64,000 nt of DNA from an uncultured Planctomycetota bacterium (GTDB lineage Bacteria > Planctomycetota > Planctomycetia > Pirellulales > Lacipirellulaceae), in contig CAVRBU010000001.1 of the NCBI GenBank assembly GCA_963719315.1, positions 128,001-192,000 on the forward strand, read 5' to 3'. Each line of letters begins with the position of its first letter. Positions within the stretch are counted from its first letter, which is position 1. Of this stretch, positions 9,701 through 18,825 are shown piece after piece. The notes beneath the pieces are model-generated. The model saw only the letters and a program-made list of their open reading frames with translations. It was not told where the DNA came from and made no database searches. Position numbers and translations under genes: made by a program.

Positions 9701-11159
9701 AAACAGGGTCGATGAACGTGATTGGCCGGCTCGCACCCTGAACCGAAACGTAGTACGTTCCCGGCAACAACGCTTCATCGGTAAACGTCGCGCCAAGCAC
9801 GTCGATCGAATCACTGGTCGCGATCACGGTGCCAGACGAGTCGGAGAGTTTGGCCAGGACGTCTAAGTTTGGCCCATTGTAAAACGGCTGAATGTCCAAG
9901 CTGACCAACTCGCCCAGGCCATCGACCGTGAACGAGAAGAAGTCAATGTCCGTATTTCGCTCGATGATGCCCTCGCCCTCGAACAGGCTCGTGTCGGAAT
10001 CAGCGGTGAGGGGGTCTGGTACGACGGGGCTGGCCATCGCGGTCGTGTCGCCGTGGTCATCGGCGCGGTAGCCGAAACCGTTCCCGTTGTTGCCATCCCT
10101 ATTGGTGATGACCTCAAGATCATCCTGTAGAGGGTTCGCGCCAGCCTTGTCGTTGGTTCCGTTGAAGTACTCGGCTTTACTCCACTGCGTAAGGTTCTTG
10201 CCATAACTAACACCCATGATCGGCGCCCAGGCCGTTTCTCCAGAGCCATGGCCGCCGTAATACTCGACAAAGAGGCGAACAGTCTCCGGGGGATCTTTAC
10301 CGATGTCGCTATAAAACCGGAACTGGCTGTCATGGGTAAGCCCCACGCTATGACCCGTCTCGTGTGAGGCGGCCTCCGCGATGTCTGCGGGATTAATATA
10401 GTCGCCGCCAAACACGAAGTTCGGCGTATCGCTGTCCCAGGGAAACGAGCCGTAGGACACACCGCCAACCGCTTTCCCATTTACGGGGGTGTACCAATCA
10501 TTCGTGCTGCCGCCGATGACCACGCGCTGTCCCCATGCTTGATCATTCCCGCCCGTGTTTCGCAGCGCTTCCACGCCGGGGTCCTCGGTGGTCACATCCA
10601 CCTCAAACGGCCGATAGTCCTCAGCTACTCGCTCCCAGATGGTCTGAATTGCCAACCGCTCTTCGTACGAAAACGTCAATAGATCGCCGTCGAAGTCATA
10701 TACAGGTGTCACAATGTTCGGAAGGTTGAAGTCCGTATTCCACTGCGTATCACGCGTGGTGAAGCCGTCGAAATCCAGGTAGATCGTCTTCGTGGCGCCG
10801 GGAAGACTGTGCAGAAAAAAGGTGTCTTCAAGCGGAAAGGGGGCAGTCGGCAACAAAGCGCCATTGGCCAAGGTTGCTCCGCCACCGGAATTCGTTGGAG
10901 GAGGCGGACTAATGCCGATTTCCGGTGTGCCTGCCGGTAGACTGCTGTTGCTTGCTAGAGTAGTTGGAATAACTCCAAGACCCCCCAGCACTTCCAAATC
11001 GAAGAGCGGCGACTGATTCCCCAGCGAGCTCGCCGACAACAAGTAGCGCGGCTCCAACTGCTCAACCCAATACTGCCGCGGCGGGCGACCCGAGCCCCGA
11101 TTCTTGGAGGCCGAGAAGTTACCGAGCACGCGCTTATAATGCCGCCATCTACGAATCAT
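6765..11159 (-). CDS. Large secreted zinc metalloprotease with PPC, SdrD-B-like, two proprotein-convertase P domains and a dockerin-like C-terminus
   Basis: Planctomycete N-terminal EQLEPRYLLS; metzincin HETGHSVGLTH and Met-turn APIMG; two HTY/HSF..D P domains; GDYNHDNVVDAGDY and ADGDGDG calcium loops. Confidence 0.85.
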   Translation of the reverse strand: MIRRWRHYKRVLGNFSASKNRGSGRPPRQYWVEQLEPRYLLSASSLGNQSPLFDLEVLGGLGVIPTTLASNSSLPAGTPEIGISPPPPTNSGGGATLANGALLPTAPFPLEDTFFLHSLPGATKTIYLDFDGFTTRDTQWNTDFNLPNIVTPVYDFDGDLLTFSYEERLAIQTIWERVAEDYRPFEVDVTTEDPGVEALRNTGGNDQAWGQRVVIGGSTNDWYTPVNGKAVGGVSYGSFPWDSDTPNFVFGGDYINPADIAEAASHETGHSVGLTHDSQFRFYSDIGKDPPETVRLFVEYYGGHGSGETAWAPIMGVSYGKNLTQWSKAEYFNGTNDKAGANPLQDDLEVITNRDGNNGNGFGYRADDHGDTTAMASPVVPDPLTADSDTSLFEGEGIIERNTDIDFFSFTVDGLGELVSLDIQPFYNGPNLDVLAKLSDSSGTVIATSDSIDVLGATFTDEALLPGTYYVSVQGASRPITFIDPVFHPGPFEAEGNPPDPPLPPDTSDWGYTNYGSLGYYSIVGTRKKNLVVGVDFDDANGSSPENWTLYAGGDTDKTIKNLVSEAGQVTPYQLTIQTTGASPIATVASPNPIDPADIPNHGLPLDGLDGYISAEDETLSFIWGNLEPSTVYQVYVFGHAGADAKNDVHVVGGQWNGTLQTFDYVQNVSADGLVTNGNMPGSNDLSTYSLLVISDASGEITITVTNETGFIAAIAGVAIAPTKVGSIQGQKWNDVNGDRVHDASEAGLPNWVIYLDVNNDGILNSTSDQDLTVASPDIPQAIHDYTTVKSELSFEEVGTIADIDVMLDITHTYDSDVKVYLVSPSGTRVKLVQNATPQDPEGDNFTATVFDDAAPTGILSGAAPFTGRYRPIEPLSVLNGEDAVGVWNLEITDDATGDEGVLNSWSITVKLQGVFLEPFQITDADGNYAFTDLPAGQYFIREDISEQQAADGWRQSFAPSPVTVRSGADILGIDFGNWIPTTQHGSIAGQKFNDFNSDGVNDGNEPGLSNWIVYIDSDNDGTRDLGSDPVTINATGLPQPITDFSTTTSSVSFNELGTVFSVRVTLDVTHSFVGDLDAFLISPSGRQVELFTAVGGQYNDLHNLTLDDAATRSIATIGVNDLPFTGTWKPEGLLSDFIGESATGLWTLLIRDNAFADQGTLNSWSLEIKSGEVYLTTDADGNYAFPDLPAGQYVIREEQKPGWTQVPPQVASIPAAEYANSQWTVTVAAQDDPNDTPPDSHRNVKNVDFGNHSQMLLGDYNHDNVVDAGDYVMYRRTVGQTVPQFTGADGDGDGVVGPGDLLVWRQHYGETNGSGSGQELAEAPQPAPAPDASPAAAGIALATSNVADGELVAAPTASVSASTVGQAARPENAALRSFDSYSTGNSRIRGRDRHFGRPALNGGSHHDAGLLAWLSSSKNEGRANNDAAMGLRIASDAEGDDLNSVDAVFESLKEFTLAAAGVV

Positions 11160-11587
11160 AGAAGCTCCGCCAGGCTGTTCCGGAACGAGGCAAGAATAGC
11201 CAGCAGTTTAACTAGAAAAAACACAAACTGCAAGCAATTTAAGAGGCGCTCCATCGAGCTCCAGCCAAGGATTCGCCGCTGTTTTGAGACGTGATGGCCG
11301 CGTCCTTCGTAGGTAGCGGCCCATCATTCTATGCCCCCGCCTTGGCCTCGAAGGCCTGAATTTCCCGCGTTTTCCCGGTTGGCTCCAGTTCGCGCGGCTT
11401 GAACACCGCCCTGGCGTTCTCCGTACCCATTGGTTGAAGGCTTGCACTCATCCCCAAAGTTATTGCCCGCGCAAGTCCCCTGCATTCTTGCGCGGCCTAC
11501 CCTGCCCTGATATACTCCCGGCTCCCCGCCCCAAACCCTACACAGGCGGTCGCCGGATGACCGTCTCTCCCAAGATGGAGCTTTACC

Positions 11588-13768
11588 ATGATCAAACTTG
11601 CTGCGATTTCGTTCACCGAACCCGTACTCTGGGTTTCCGCAATTTGCCTGCTTGTCGCTGGCTGTTCTCAAGACGCGCGTAAAACGCCGGCGAGCAGTTC
11701 TGCAACTCCTTCAACTGCCGCGAGCTCCGCCGGCAGCAATGAAAACAAGGCGACGGACCCCGGGAAGCTCATCCCCCGCCAAGTCCTCTTCGGAAACCCC
11801 GAGCGGGCCCAAGCCCGGCTCAGCCACGATGGAATATGGATCAGCTACCAGGCGCCGGTCGATGGCGTGCTCAACATCTGGGTCGCGCCGGTCGATGATA
11901 TCTCGAAGGCCCAACCCGTCACGCAGGAAAAAGGCCGCCCCATCCCCAGTTACAGTTGGGCCTACGACAACAAGCACATTCTTTACGTGAACGACAAGAA
12001 CGGCGACGAAAACTTCCACCTCTTCGCCACCGACGTCGTAACCCGCGAAACCAAAGACCTCACGCCCATCAAAGGCGTCCGCGCCGAGCTTCAAGAGGTC
12101 AGCGAGAAGTTCCCCAACGAGGTGCTGGTCGGTCTAAACGACCGCGACCCGCGCTACCACGACATCTGGCGGATCAACCTTGAAACCGGCGACAAAAAAC
12201 TCGTTCAGGAAAACCCCGGCATCGCCGGTTATCTCACTGACGACGATTTCAATGTCCGCATGGCAATGGACTACACGCCCACCGGCGGCCAGGTCCTGCG
12301 AATTCCCGAGAAAGAAGGCGACACCAGCCAGTGGAAAGACTTCCTCGAATTCGGCCCGGAAGACGGCATGACCAGCGGCCCCGCCGGCTTCGACAAGACC
12401 GGCCAAACGCTCTACCTCGAAGACAGCCGCAACCGCAACACCGCCGGCCTGTTCGCGATGGACCTCAAGACGGGCGAAACCAAACTCCTCGCCGACGACC
12501 CCCGCACCGACGTCGGCGGTGTCCTCGTTCATCCGACCGAGAAAAATATCCAGGCCGTCTCGTTCACCTATGCCCGCACCGAGTGGAAGATCCTCGACCC
12601 GGCCATCGCGCCAGATATCGATTTCCTCAAAAAGGCTCACGACGGCGACTTCATCGTCACCAGCCGCACGCAGGACGACTCGCAGTGGACCGTCGCTTTC
12701 ATGCCCGACAACGGGCCGGTGAAATTCTATCGCTACGTCCGAACTCCTGAGCGGAAGCTCGTATTCCTGTTCAACAACCGCGATGATCTGGCCGACTATC
12801 CGCTGGTGAAGATGCACGATCGCGTGATCAAATCCCGCGACGGCCTGGACCTCGTGTGCTACCTCTCGCTTCCTCCGGGCAGCGATCCCGATGGCGACGG
12901 CGTGCCCGATCACCCGGTTCCCCTCGTGCTCGACGTCCACGGCGGACCATGGGCCCGCGACGACTGGGGCCTCAACGGCCAACACCAATGGCTCGCCAAC
13001 CGCGGCTATGCCGTGCTCAACGTCAACTACCGCGGCTCGACCGGTTTCGGCAAAGAGTTCATCAACGCCGCCAATGGCGAATGGTCCGGCAAGATGCACA
13101 ACGATCTGCTCGATGCCGTTCAGTGGGCGGTCGACCAGAAAATCGCCGACAAGGACAAAGTCTGCATCATGGGCGGCAGCTACGGCGGCTATGCCACGCT
13201 CGTGGGTCTGACGTACACGCCCGACACATTCGCCTGCGGTGTCGATATCGTCGGCCCGTCGAGCCTCGTCACGCTCCTGCAACACGTGCCCGATTACTGG
13301 CAGCCGTTCATGCCCGTTATGAAAGTCCGCGTCGGCGACGTGAACACCGAAGAGGGCCGCGCCGCATTGTTGAAGCGCTCCCCTCTCACGCTCGTCGATA
13401 AGATCAAGAAGCCGCTCCTGATCGGGCAGGGCGCGCACGATCCCCGCGTCAAGCAACTTGAAGCCGACCAGATCGTCAAGGCGATGACCGAGAAAAAAAT
13501 CCCGGTCACCTACGTGCTCTATCCCGACGAAGGCCACGGCTTCCACCGTCCCGAGAACAACTTGTCGTTCAACGCGGTCACCGAAGCCTTCCTCGCCAAA
13601 CAGCTTGGAGGCCGCTTCGAACCCATCGGCAACGATTTCAAAGGCTCGACAATCACCGTCCCCGCCGGCGCCGACCAGGTCCCAGGCTTGGAAAAGGCAC
13701 TCTCCGCGCTCCCCAAACCCGAGTCAGAACCAAAGCAACCCGAAGGGCCTCCTACCGATAAGAAGTAA
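11588..13768 (+). CDS. S9 family peptidase (dipeptidyl/acylaminoacyl peptidase), lipoprotein
   Basis: Lipobox LVAGC; VHGGPW, GGSYGG, DPRV and EGHG catalytic motifs. Confidence 0.93.
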   Translation: MIKLAAISFTEPVLWVSAICLLVAGCSQDARKTPASSSATPSTAASSAGSNENKATDPGKLIPRQVLFGNPERAQARLSHDGIWISYQAPVDGVLNIWVAPVDDISKAQPVTQEKGRPIPSYSWAYDNKHILYVNDKNGDENFHLFATDVVTRETKDLTPIKGVRAELQEVSEKFPNEVLVGLNDRDPRYHDIWRINLETGDKKLVQENPGIAGYLTDDDFNVRMAMDYTPTGGQVLRIPEKEGDTSQWKDFLEFGPEDGMTSGPAGFDKTGQTLYLEDSRNRNTAGLFAMDLKTGETKLLADDPRTDVGGVLVHPTEKNIQAVSFTYARTEWKILDPAIAPDIDFLKKAHDGDFIVTSRTQDDSQWTVAFMPDNGPVKFYRYVRTPERKLVFLFNNRDDLADYPLVKMHDRVIKSRDGLDLVCYLSLPPGSDPDGDGVPDHPVPLVLDVHGGPWARDDWGLNGQHQWLANRGYAVLNVNYRGSTGFGKEFINAANGEWSGKMHNDLLDAVQWAVDQKIADKDKVCIMGGSYGGYATLVGLTYTPDTFACGVDIVGPSSLVTLLQHVPDYWQPFMPVMKVRVGDVNTEEGRAALLKRSPLTLVDKIKKPLLIGQGAHDPRVKQLEADQIVKAMTEKKIPVTYVLYPDEGHGFHRPENNLSFNAVTEAFLAKQLGGRFEPIGNDFKGSTITVPAGADQVPGLEKALSALPKPESEPKQPEGPPTDKK

Positions 13769-13782
13769 TCGACAAGACCCCT

Positions 13783-13805
13783 GTTCCCACGCACCGCGTG
13801 GGAAC
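13783..13805. repeat. REP-like palindrome
   Basis: GTTCCCACGC-ACC-GCGTGGGAAC just after the S9 stop codon. Confidence 0.7.
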
Positions 13806-13836
13806 GAGGACTCATCGCACTTCTGCCAAAACCCCC

Positions 13837-13864
13837 TTGCACTTCCAGCACTTCCAGGCATAAT
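13837..13864 (+). promoter_or_regulatory. Sigma70-type promoter of the leader/aroF unit
   Basis: TTGCAC-16 nt-CATAAT, 7 nt before the leader ATG. Confidence 0.55.
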
Positions 13865-13871
13865 GCACTAC

Positions 13872-13946
13872 ATGAGTCGCTCGTTCTGGTACTACTACTG
13901 GTTTACCTTTACCCGCCTGGGTAGCGGGACCGGAGCTAGTACGTAA
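13872..13946 (+). CDS. Aromatic amino acid leader peptide MSRSFWYYYWFTFTRLGSGTGAST
   Basis: Run of seven consecutive Phe/Trp/Tyr codons, followed by a terminator, upstream of DAHP synthase. Confidence 0.88.
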   Translation: MSRSFWYYYWFTFTRLGSGTGAST

Positions 13947-14012
13947 GCGATTCACAACACTAGACTCAACCGGCCCCCGAGACCCAGTCACTTGGCTCTC
14001 GGGGGTTTTTTT
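13926..14012 (+). terminator. Attenuator with alternative antiterminator and terminator
   Basis: Terminator CCCCCGAGA (13974-13982) / TCTCGGGGG (13997-14005) plus T7. GGGACCGG (13926-13933) can instead pair with CCGGCCCC (13970-13977); CTAGT/ACTAG forms an inner stem. Confidence 0.85.
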
Positions 14013-14016
14013 GTTG

Positions 14017-14459
14017 GTTGAGAGTTGAGAGATGAGTGTTGAGGGAGGAGGTAAAATGTTTGGTTTTGAAAAGCTAGAAGTATGGCAAAAGGCAATCGAA
14101 CTATCGGACCGCGTTTACGTGATTACTCGGCCCTTTCCCTCGGATGAAAAGTTTGGGCTAACAAGTCAGATGCGTCGATCTGCAGTGTCGGTGGCTTCCA
14201 ACATTGCTGAAGGAAGCGGGCGTGGATCAAATAACGACTTTGCGAGATTCATCGAGATTTCATACGGCTCGCTCATGGAATTGATTACCCAGTGCGCAAT
14301 CGCGAATCGCCAAGGCTTTTTGAGCGTGTCGGAATTCAAAGAGGCTTACCAACGTGCAGAGCAAATTGCCCGCATGCTCAGCGGACTAAAGTCTTCACTG
14401 CTTGCGACCAAGAAATAACCACCGAAAAACCCTCAACCCTCGCCCCTCAACCCTCAACC
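14017..14459. repeat. Inverted heptamer-repeat arms flanking the four-helix-bundle gene
   Basis: About four GTTGAGA/G units at 14017-14045 and about four CCTCAAC units at 14430-14459. Confidence 0.8.
14056..14418 (+). CDS. Four helix bundle protein (23S rRNA intervening-sequence protein family)
   Basis: [60 protein letters not shown]. Confidence 0.93.
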   Translation: MFGFEKLEVWQKAIELSDRVYVITRPFPSDEKFGLTSQMRRSAVSVASNIAEGSGRGSNNDFARFIEISYGSLMELITQCAIANRQGFLSVSEFKEAYQRAEQIARMLSGLKSSLLATKK

Positions 14460-14476
14460 TTCGCCAGGAGCCTCCC

Positions 14477-15490
14477 ATGATCATCGTCATGCGGCGTGAC
14501 GCCAAAAAACAGGATATCGAACACATGATCAAACAAGTCGAATCGCTGGGACTGAAACCCACCGTGCTCGAAGGCACCGAACGGTTCGTCATTGCGGCCA
14601 TCGGCGACGAGCGCAACGCACCCGTCGGCATTCTCGAAAGCGGTCCGGGCGTCGACGAAGTGCTTCCCGTCCTCGCGCCGTACAAGCTGGCCAGCCTGGA
14701 AACCAGGTCCGAGCCAACCGTCGTTCGCGCCGGCAGCCTCACCATCGGCGGCGGCCACTTCGGCATCATCGCAGGCCCCTGCTCCGTCGAAAGCGAAGAG
14801 CAAATCGTGGCGTCTGCCCGCGCGATCAAGAAGGCAGGCGCGACCGCGCTCCGCGGTGGCGCGTTCAAGCCGCGCACCAGCCCGTATAGCTTCCAAGGCC
14901 ACAAGGAAGAGGGGCTCAAAATGCTCGCCACGGCCCGGGCCGAAACGGGCCTCGCGGTCGTCACGGAAGTCGTCGCCGGGGAAGATGTCGACCTCGTCGC
15001 CGAATACGCCGACGTCCTCCAAGTCGGCGCCCGCAATATGCAGAACTACCGCCTGCTGGAAGCCGTCGGCAAAACGCGCCGTCCCGTCCTCCTTAAACGT
15101 GGTCCCAGCGCCACCGTTGAAGAACTGCTGCTTGCCGCCGAGTACATCCTCGACGCCGGCAACCAGCAAGTGATGCTCTGCGAACGCGGCATCCGCACGT
15201 TCGAGGCCCATACGCGGTTCACGTTGCCCCTCGCGACCGTGCCCTACCTGCAGGGAAAAACGCACCTGCCGATCGTCGTCGATCCGAGCCACGGCACCGG
15301 CCACACGCCGCTCGTGCCCGCGCTCGCCCGGGCGAGTGTCGCCGCCGGCGCCGACGGCATCATTGTCGAAGTCCATCCGAACCCGGAAAAAGCCCTCAGC
15401 GACGGCTACCAATCGATGACGTTCAAACAATTCGAAGACATGATGACCGCCTGCCGCCGCATCGCCGCAGCGATGGAGATGAAGATGTAA
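14477..15490 (+). CDS. aroF: 3-deoxy-7-phosphoheptulonate (DAHP) synthase, type I-beta with N-terminal regulatory domain
   Basis: [53 protein letters not shown]. Confidence 0.96.
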   Translation: MIIVMRRDAKKQDIEHMIKQVESLGLKPTVLEGTERFVIAAIGDERNAPVGILESGPGVDEVLPVLAPYKLASLETRSEPTVVRAGSLTIGGGHFGIIAGPCSVESEEQIVASARAIKKAGATALRGGAFKPRTSPYSFQGHKEEGLKMLATARAETGLAVVTEVVAGEDVDLVAEYADVLQVGARNMQNYRLLEAVGKTRRPVLLKRGPSATVEELLLAAEYILDAGNQQVMLCERGIRTFEAHTRFTLPLATVPYLQGKTHLPIVVDPSHGTGHTPLVPALARASVAAGADGIIVEVHPNPEKALSDGYQSMTFKQFEDMMTACRRIAAAMEMKM

Positions 15491-15561
15491 CCGCCAAGAA
15501 CGCCAAGAAAACTTGTAGCGATTCCATGCCTTCCTTGGCGCACTTTGCGTCCTTGGCGGTT
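15489..15561. repeat. Inverted 9-mer repeat hairpin between convergent genes; possible bidirectional terminator
   Basis: AACCGCCAAGAACGCCAAG ... CTTGGCGCACTTTGCGTCCTTGGCGGTT. Confidence 0.7.
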
Positions 15562-15583
15562 CAACTTATTTGGGGGCGATGAC

Positions 15584-16456
15584 TCACACATCGCAAATCT
15601 TGAACCCCTGCTCCAGCGATGCCACCGGCTCCCGCGCTGGGATGAACTCCTGCCCCAAATACCCTGTGTAGCCCGTCTCCAGAATCGCCCGCACGATTGC
15701 CGCGTAATTCAACTCCTGCGTCTCGTCGATCTCGTGCCGGCCGGGGTTGCCGCCCGTGTGGAAATGGGCGAAGTATTCCTTGTCCTGCTGGATCGTCCGA
15801 ATGACATCGCCTTCCATGATTTGCATGTGATAGATGTCGTACAGCAACTTGAACCGCGGCGAGCCCACTTGCTTCACGAGCTCCACGCCCCAAGGCGACC
15901 GGTCGCACATGTAGTCCTTGTGATTGACCTTGCTGTTCAGCAACTCCATGCAGATCGTCACGTTCTTCCCTTCCGCCAACCCGACGACCCGCTTCAATCC
16001 TGCGACGCAATTCGCCAGCCCTTCCTCGTCCGACATCCCGCGGCGGTTCCCCGAAAAGACGATCACGTTCGGCAAACCGTTGTCGGCGGCGAAATCCACG
16101 TACTCGCGCACGCTTTTCTCCAACCGGTCGTGGTTCTTCTTCTCGTTGAAGCCGTCCGGAATCGTGCAACAGCCGTTGAGCATCGCGCACGTGAGCCCAA
16201 AGGGCTTCACCACCTTGTACTCCTCCGGCGTGAGCAGCTCGACCGACACGTACCCAATCCGCTTTGCCTCCCCGGCCAGCTTTTCGAGCGGAATGCCGTT
16301 GTAGCACCAGCGACAGATCGATTGCTTGATGTGCCCGTTGGCCTTCGCGGTCTCAGCCCCGCGCACCCACGCCACCGGCTGCGTAAGCGCCGCCATCGCT
16401 CCCACGCTGGCCGCTTTCATCACACTCCGCCGATCGAACTCGATTACATTTGCCAT
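15584..16456 (-). CDS. Hydroxypyruvate isomerase family TIM-barrel protein with Tat signal
   Basis: DRRSVMK twin-arginine signal; ELLNSKVNHKDY, LYDIYHMQIMEGD, HTGGNPGRHE. Confidence 0.9.
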   Translation of the reverse strand: MANVIEFDRRSVMKAASVGAMAALTQPVAWVRGAETAKANGHIKQSICRWCYNGIPLEKLAGEAKRIGYVSVELLTPEEYKVVKPFGLTCAMLNGCCTIPDGFNEKKNHDRLEKSVREYVDFAADNGLPNVIVFSGNRRGMSDEEGLANCVAGLKRVVGLAEGKNVTICMELLNSKVNHKDYMCDRSPWGVELVKQVGSPRFKLLYDIYHMQIMEGDVIRTIQQDKEYFAHFHTGGNPGRHEIDETQELNYAAIVRAILETGYTGYLGQEFIPAREPVASLEQGFKICDV

Positions 16457-16621
16457 CGCCGGCTCCTCTCGCTTGGGAACTGTGTAACCACTCTCCCGCC
16501 ACCTCACTTCTAACGCGCCCCGCTCCGCAAATACAGCCCCGCAATCCCATCCGTGCCATCCGCGCCGGGTGCCACGGACCTTCGCCCGTGCTCTGCCTGC
16601 CAGGGCCTTGCAGGCCAAAAA

Positions 16622-16706
16622 GTAGGTCCCGCTTGCCGAGCGAGACCTGAACCCGCCCCGCAACATCGCGAATCCGCTAAGGTCCCTTCCGGCAGAAGGG
16701 ACCTAC
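16622..16706. repeat. Inverted pair of GTAG-type REP palindromes (BIME-like)
   Basis: GTAGGTCCCGCTTGCCGAGCGAGACCT (16622-16648) and AGGTCCCTTCCGGCAGAAGGGACCTAC (16680-16706). Confidence 0.75.
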
Positions 16707-16937
16707 TTGTGCCATTGAGCAGTCTGGTAAACGCCGGCGATCACCAGCAAACCACCAATGACTGCCCCGCGAATGCTGCTACTTTGAACGCTTTCGATGC
16801 TGAATGTTACGCCGAAGCCGTAGCACATTAATAGCGTTATCTAGACATAGGCGTGGTCAGGTCGAGTTGGAACGAAACCCGGCATTTAGCACACTCCAGC
16901 CCATTCAAGCAACTCTTTGATCGCCCCTACGCCGTCA

Positions 16938-17266
16938 CTCAACCCGCTCGCGACATCCACACGATTAGTCCCAGCACCACGGCGATTAGCGTCTTGCAAA
17001 CTTATTCGAGAATTCGGTCGGTTCCGGTTCAGTAAGTGGGCGGTGGTAAGTTAGTGTGGGATACTATTTTCGTGAGGCAAAATACATCGCGAGCGTATCG
17101 ACGATAAGCAGCCAGACGGCTCCCCCAATTAGCAGAAATAGGAATATCTTGAATCCGCGACTCATGCGGTAACCGCCCTTTCGACTAGCTCGTTGCTCGT
17201 CCATACGCACCTCAACCCGCTCGCGACAACCACACGATTATACCCAGCACCACCGCGATTAGCGTC
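16938..17266. repeat. 56-bp direct repeat pair encoding a membrane-anchor peptide on the minus strand
   Basis: 16938-16993 versus 17211-17266, 52/56 identical; minus strand reads TLIAVVLG(L/I)IVW(M/L)SRAG-stop. Confidence 0.85.
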
Positions 17267-17303
17267 ATGGCGATTAGCAAAGTGCGGAGGCTGAAACGCC
17301 AGC

Positions 17304-17905
17304 CTATCTAAGACGCCGGCGGACAAGGCCGAAAGCGAGGCCAGCCAGACCGAGCAGAATAATCGTTGCCGGCTCAGGAATTGGGACGATACCCGCAACG
17401 TCATTGTCGCTGACGGTGGAACCCACCACCGTTTGTATCTGACCTGTGAAAGTTACTTGTGCGGCTGCCGCGTCGGGAATCACCAGTTGAACGAACGGAA
17501 CACTGGTGCCGAACGGCGTACTCTTCGCAAAGACCGAGCGAAGTGAGGTCGCACTCTCGGAAGAGAAGCCGGCCGGTATGGTCAATTCAGAACTCAGAAA
17601 CTTGAAATAAGAATCCTGTTCAAACGTGCATGGGCCACAAAAGGGCAACCAATAATATCGTCAAAGATGTTTGAAAAGCCGGCTAGATAAACCTGATTCA
17701 TCGGCCCGAAGAATCCATACGACGGCTGCGAGGCGAAGTCAAAGCCTTGAATCTGGCTCCCATCGTCCGTGCTGGCGGTCAAGGTATAGGTGTGAAAGCC
17801 GGCCAGATCGACGGTCGGCACACTCGACTGCGTAATGCTCACGGCCGCCTGCGAAGAACCAGCCAACGCCAATACAGCCAATACAGCCATAGTGTTGCGA
17901 AGCAT
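17304..17905 (-). CDS. PEP-CTERM sorting-domain protein, frameshift near 17645
   Basis: Signal peptide MLRNTMAVLAVLALAGSSQA with RBS AAGGAG; C-terminus IPEPATIILLGLAGLAFGLVRRRLR is in another frame. Confidence 0.85.
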
Positions 17906-18314
17906 AAAAGTTCTCCTTGTCATTGCCTTATTTTAGCACATAACTGACCACGCGATTCGCAGCTTGTGGAATCTCATAGCCGTAGTATAGCAGATTGATA
18001 AGAAAAGCCGAGTAGCAGGGGTTCGTCACCCAGCGAGAACCCATCCTAACTACCGGCTCCACTCTCAAATCCTCCATGCGTATCTGGTCAACCACGGATT
18101 ACTCCGCTCGCACGGATAAGTTTCAGCCTCGCAATCCCATCCGTGCCATCCGCGCGATCCGAGGTCACAAAAAAACTCCTGCCAACGGCCGCCGCACGAC
18201 TTCTCCGGCGCGGCCAAAAATAATTGTGGATCGGCCCCCACGAAAACGCTATAGTCTCATCACGCCGCACTGCGACGGCGTTTGTTCTTTGAAAAATTAG
18301 AGAAAGGTGTATAC

Positions 18315-18504
18315 TAGCTGTTAGCCATTAGCTGTTAGCTGTTAGCTATCAGCCAGTGGCTGCGTGCGGTCTCCCGACGCGCTCTCGCCTTTTTGCCCAA
18401 AGCTGGCTGAAAGGCCGGAACAGCGTAAAACGCCGAGAAAATCGCCTCGTTTTCAAGGCTCGACCGCTCTGGCTAATAGCTAACAGCTAAAAGCTAACAG
18501 CTTA
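18315..18504. repeat. Inverted heptamer-repeat arms with no recognisable passenger gene
   Basis: About five TAGCTGT-like units at 18315-18354 and about five AGCTAAC-like units at 18471-18504. Confidence 0.85.
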
Positions 18505-18825
18505 TTCCTGCCAGATTCCAGCTTCTTAGAAAGCAAACTCGCCCACTTTTGCACGTCGTGCTCATGCCCAAACCACTGGATTTCCAGCGGTTCGCCGCCC
18601 GAGCGCCGCGCAAAAAGGAGGACTTTTGCACGCGAAAAAAAATTTTCACGCGTCCGCACAATCGTACTCCCTTGCCGCCCAACGACTTGCGACTTCCATT
18701 GCGCGAAGCCCTCGCGCAAAACTCACCGCCGCTCGCGTCAAAACTCGTAAAAGCACGTCCGACTCGTACTAGCCGCGATGCTACGCATCGCCGGGAATTC
18801 GTTAGGCGCGAGCGAGACGATGCTC

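Noticed and set aside
12134..13546. 470-aa ORF antisense to the S9 peptidase (likewise 39184-40644 opposite metH and 14447-15430 opposite aroF)
   Set aside because: Antisense shadows caused by codon bias; no independent motifs.
14056..14418. Diversity-generating retroelement (Avd-like gene)
   Set aside because: No reverse transcriptase and no template/variable repeat pair in the window.
16938..17266. CRISPR-like repeat-spacer unit
   Set aside because: Only two copies, a 217-nt gap, and the repeat encodes a hydrophobic peptide motif.
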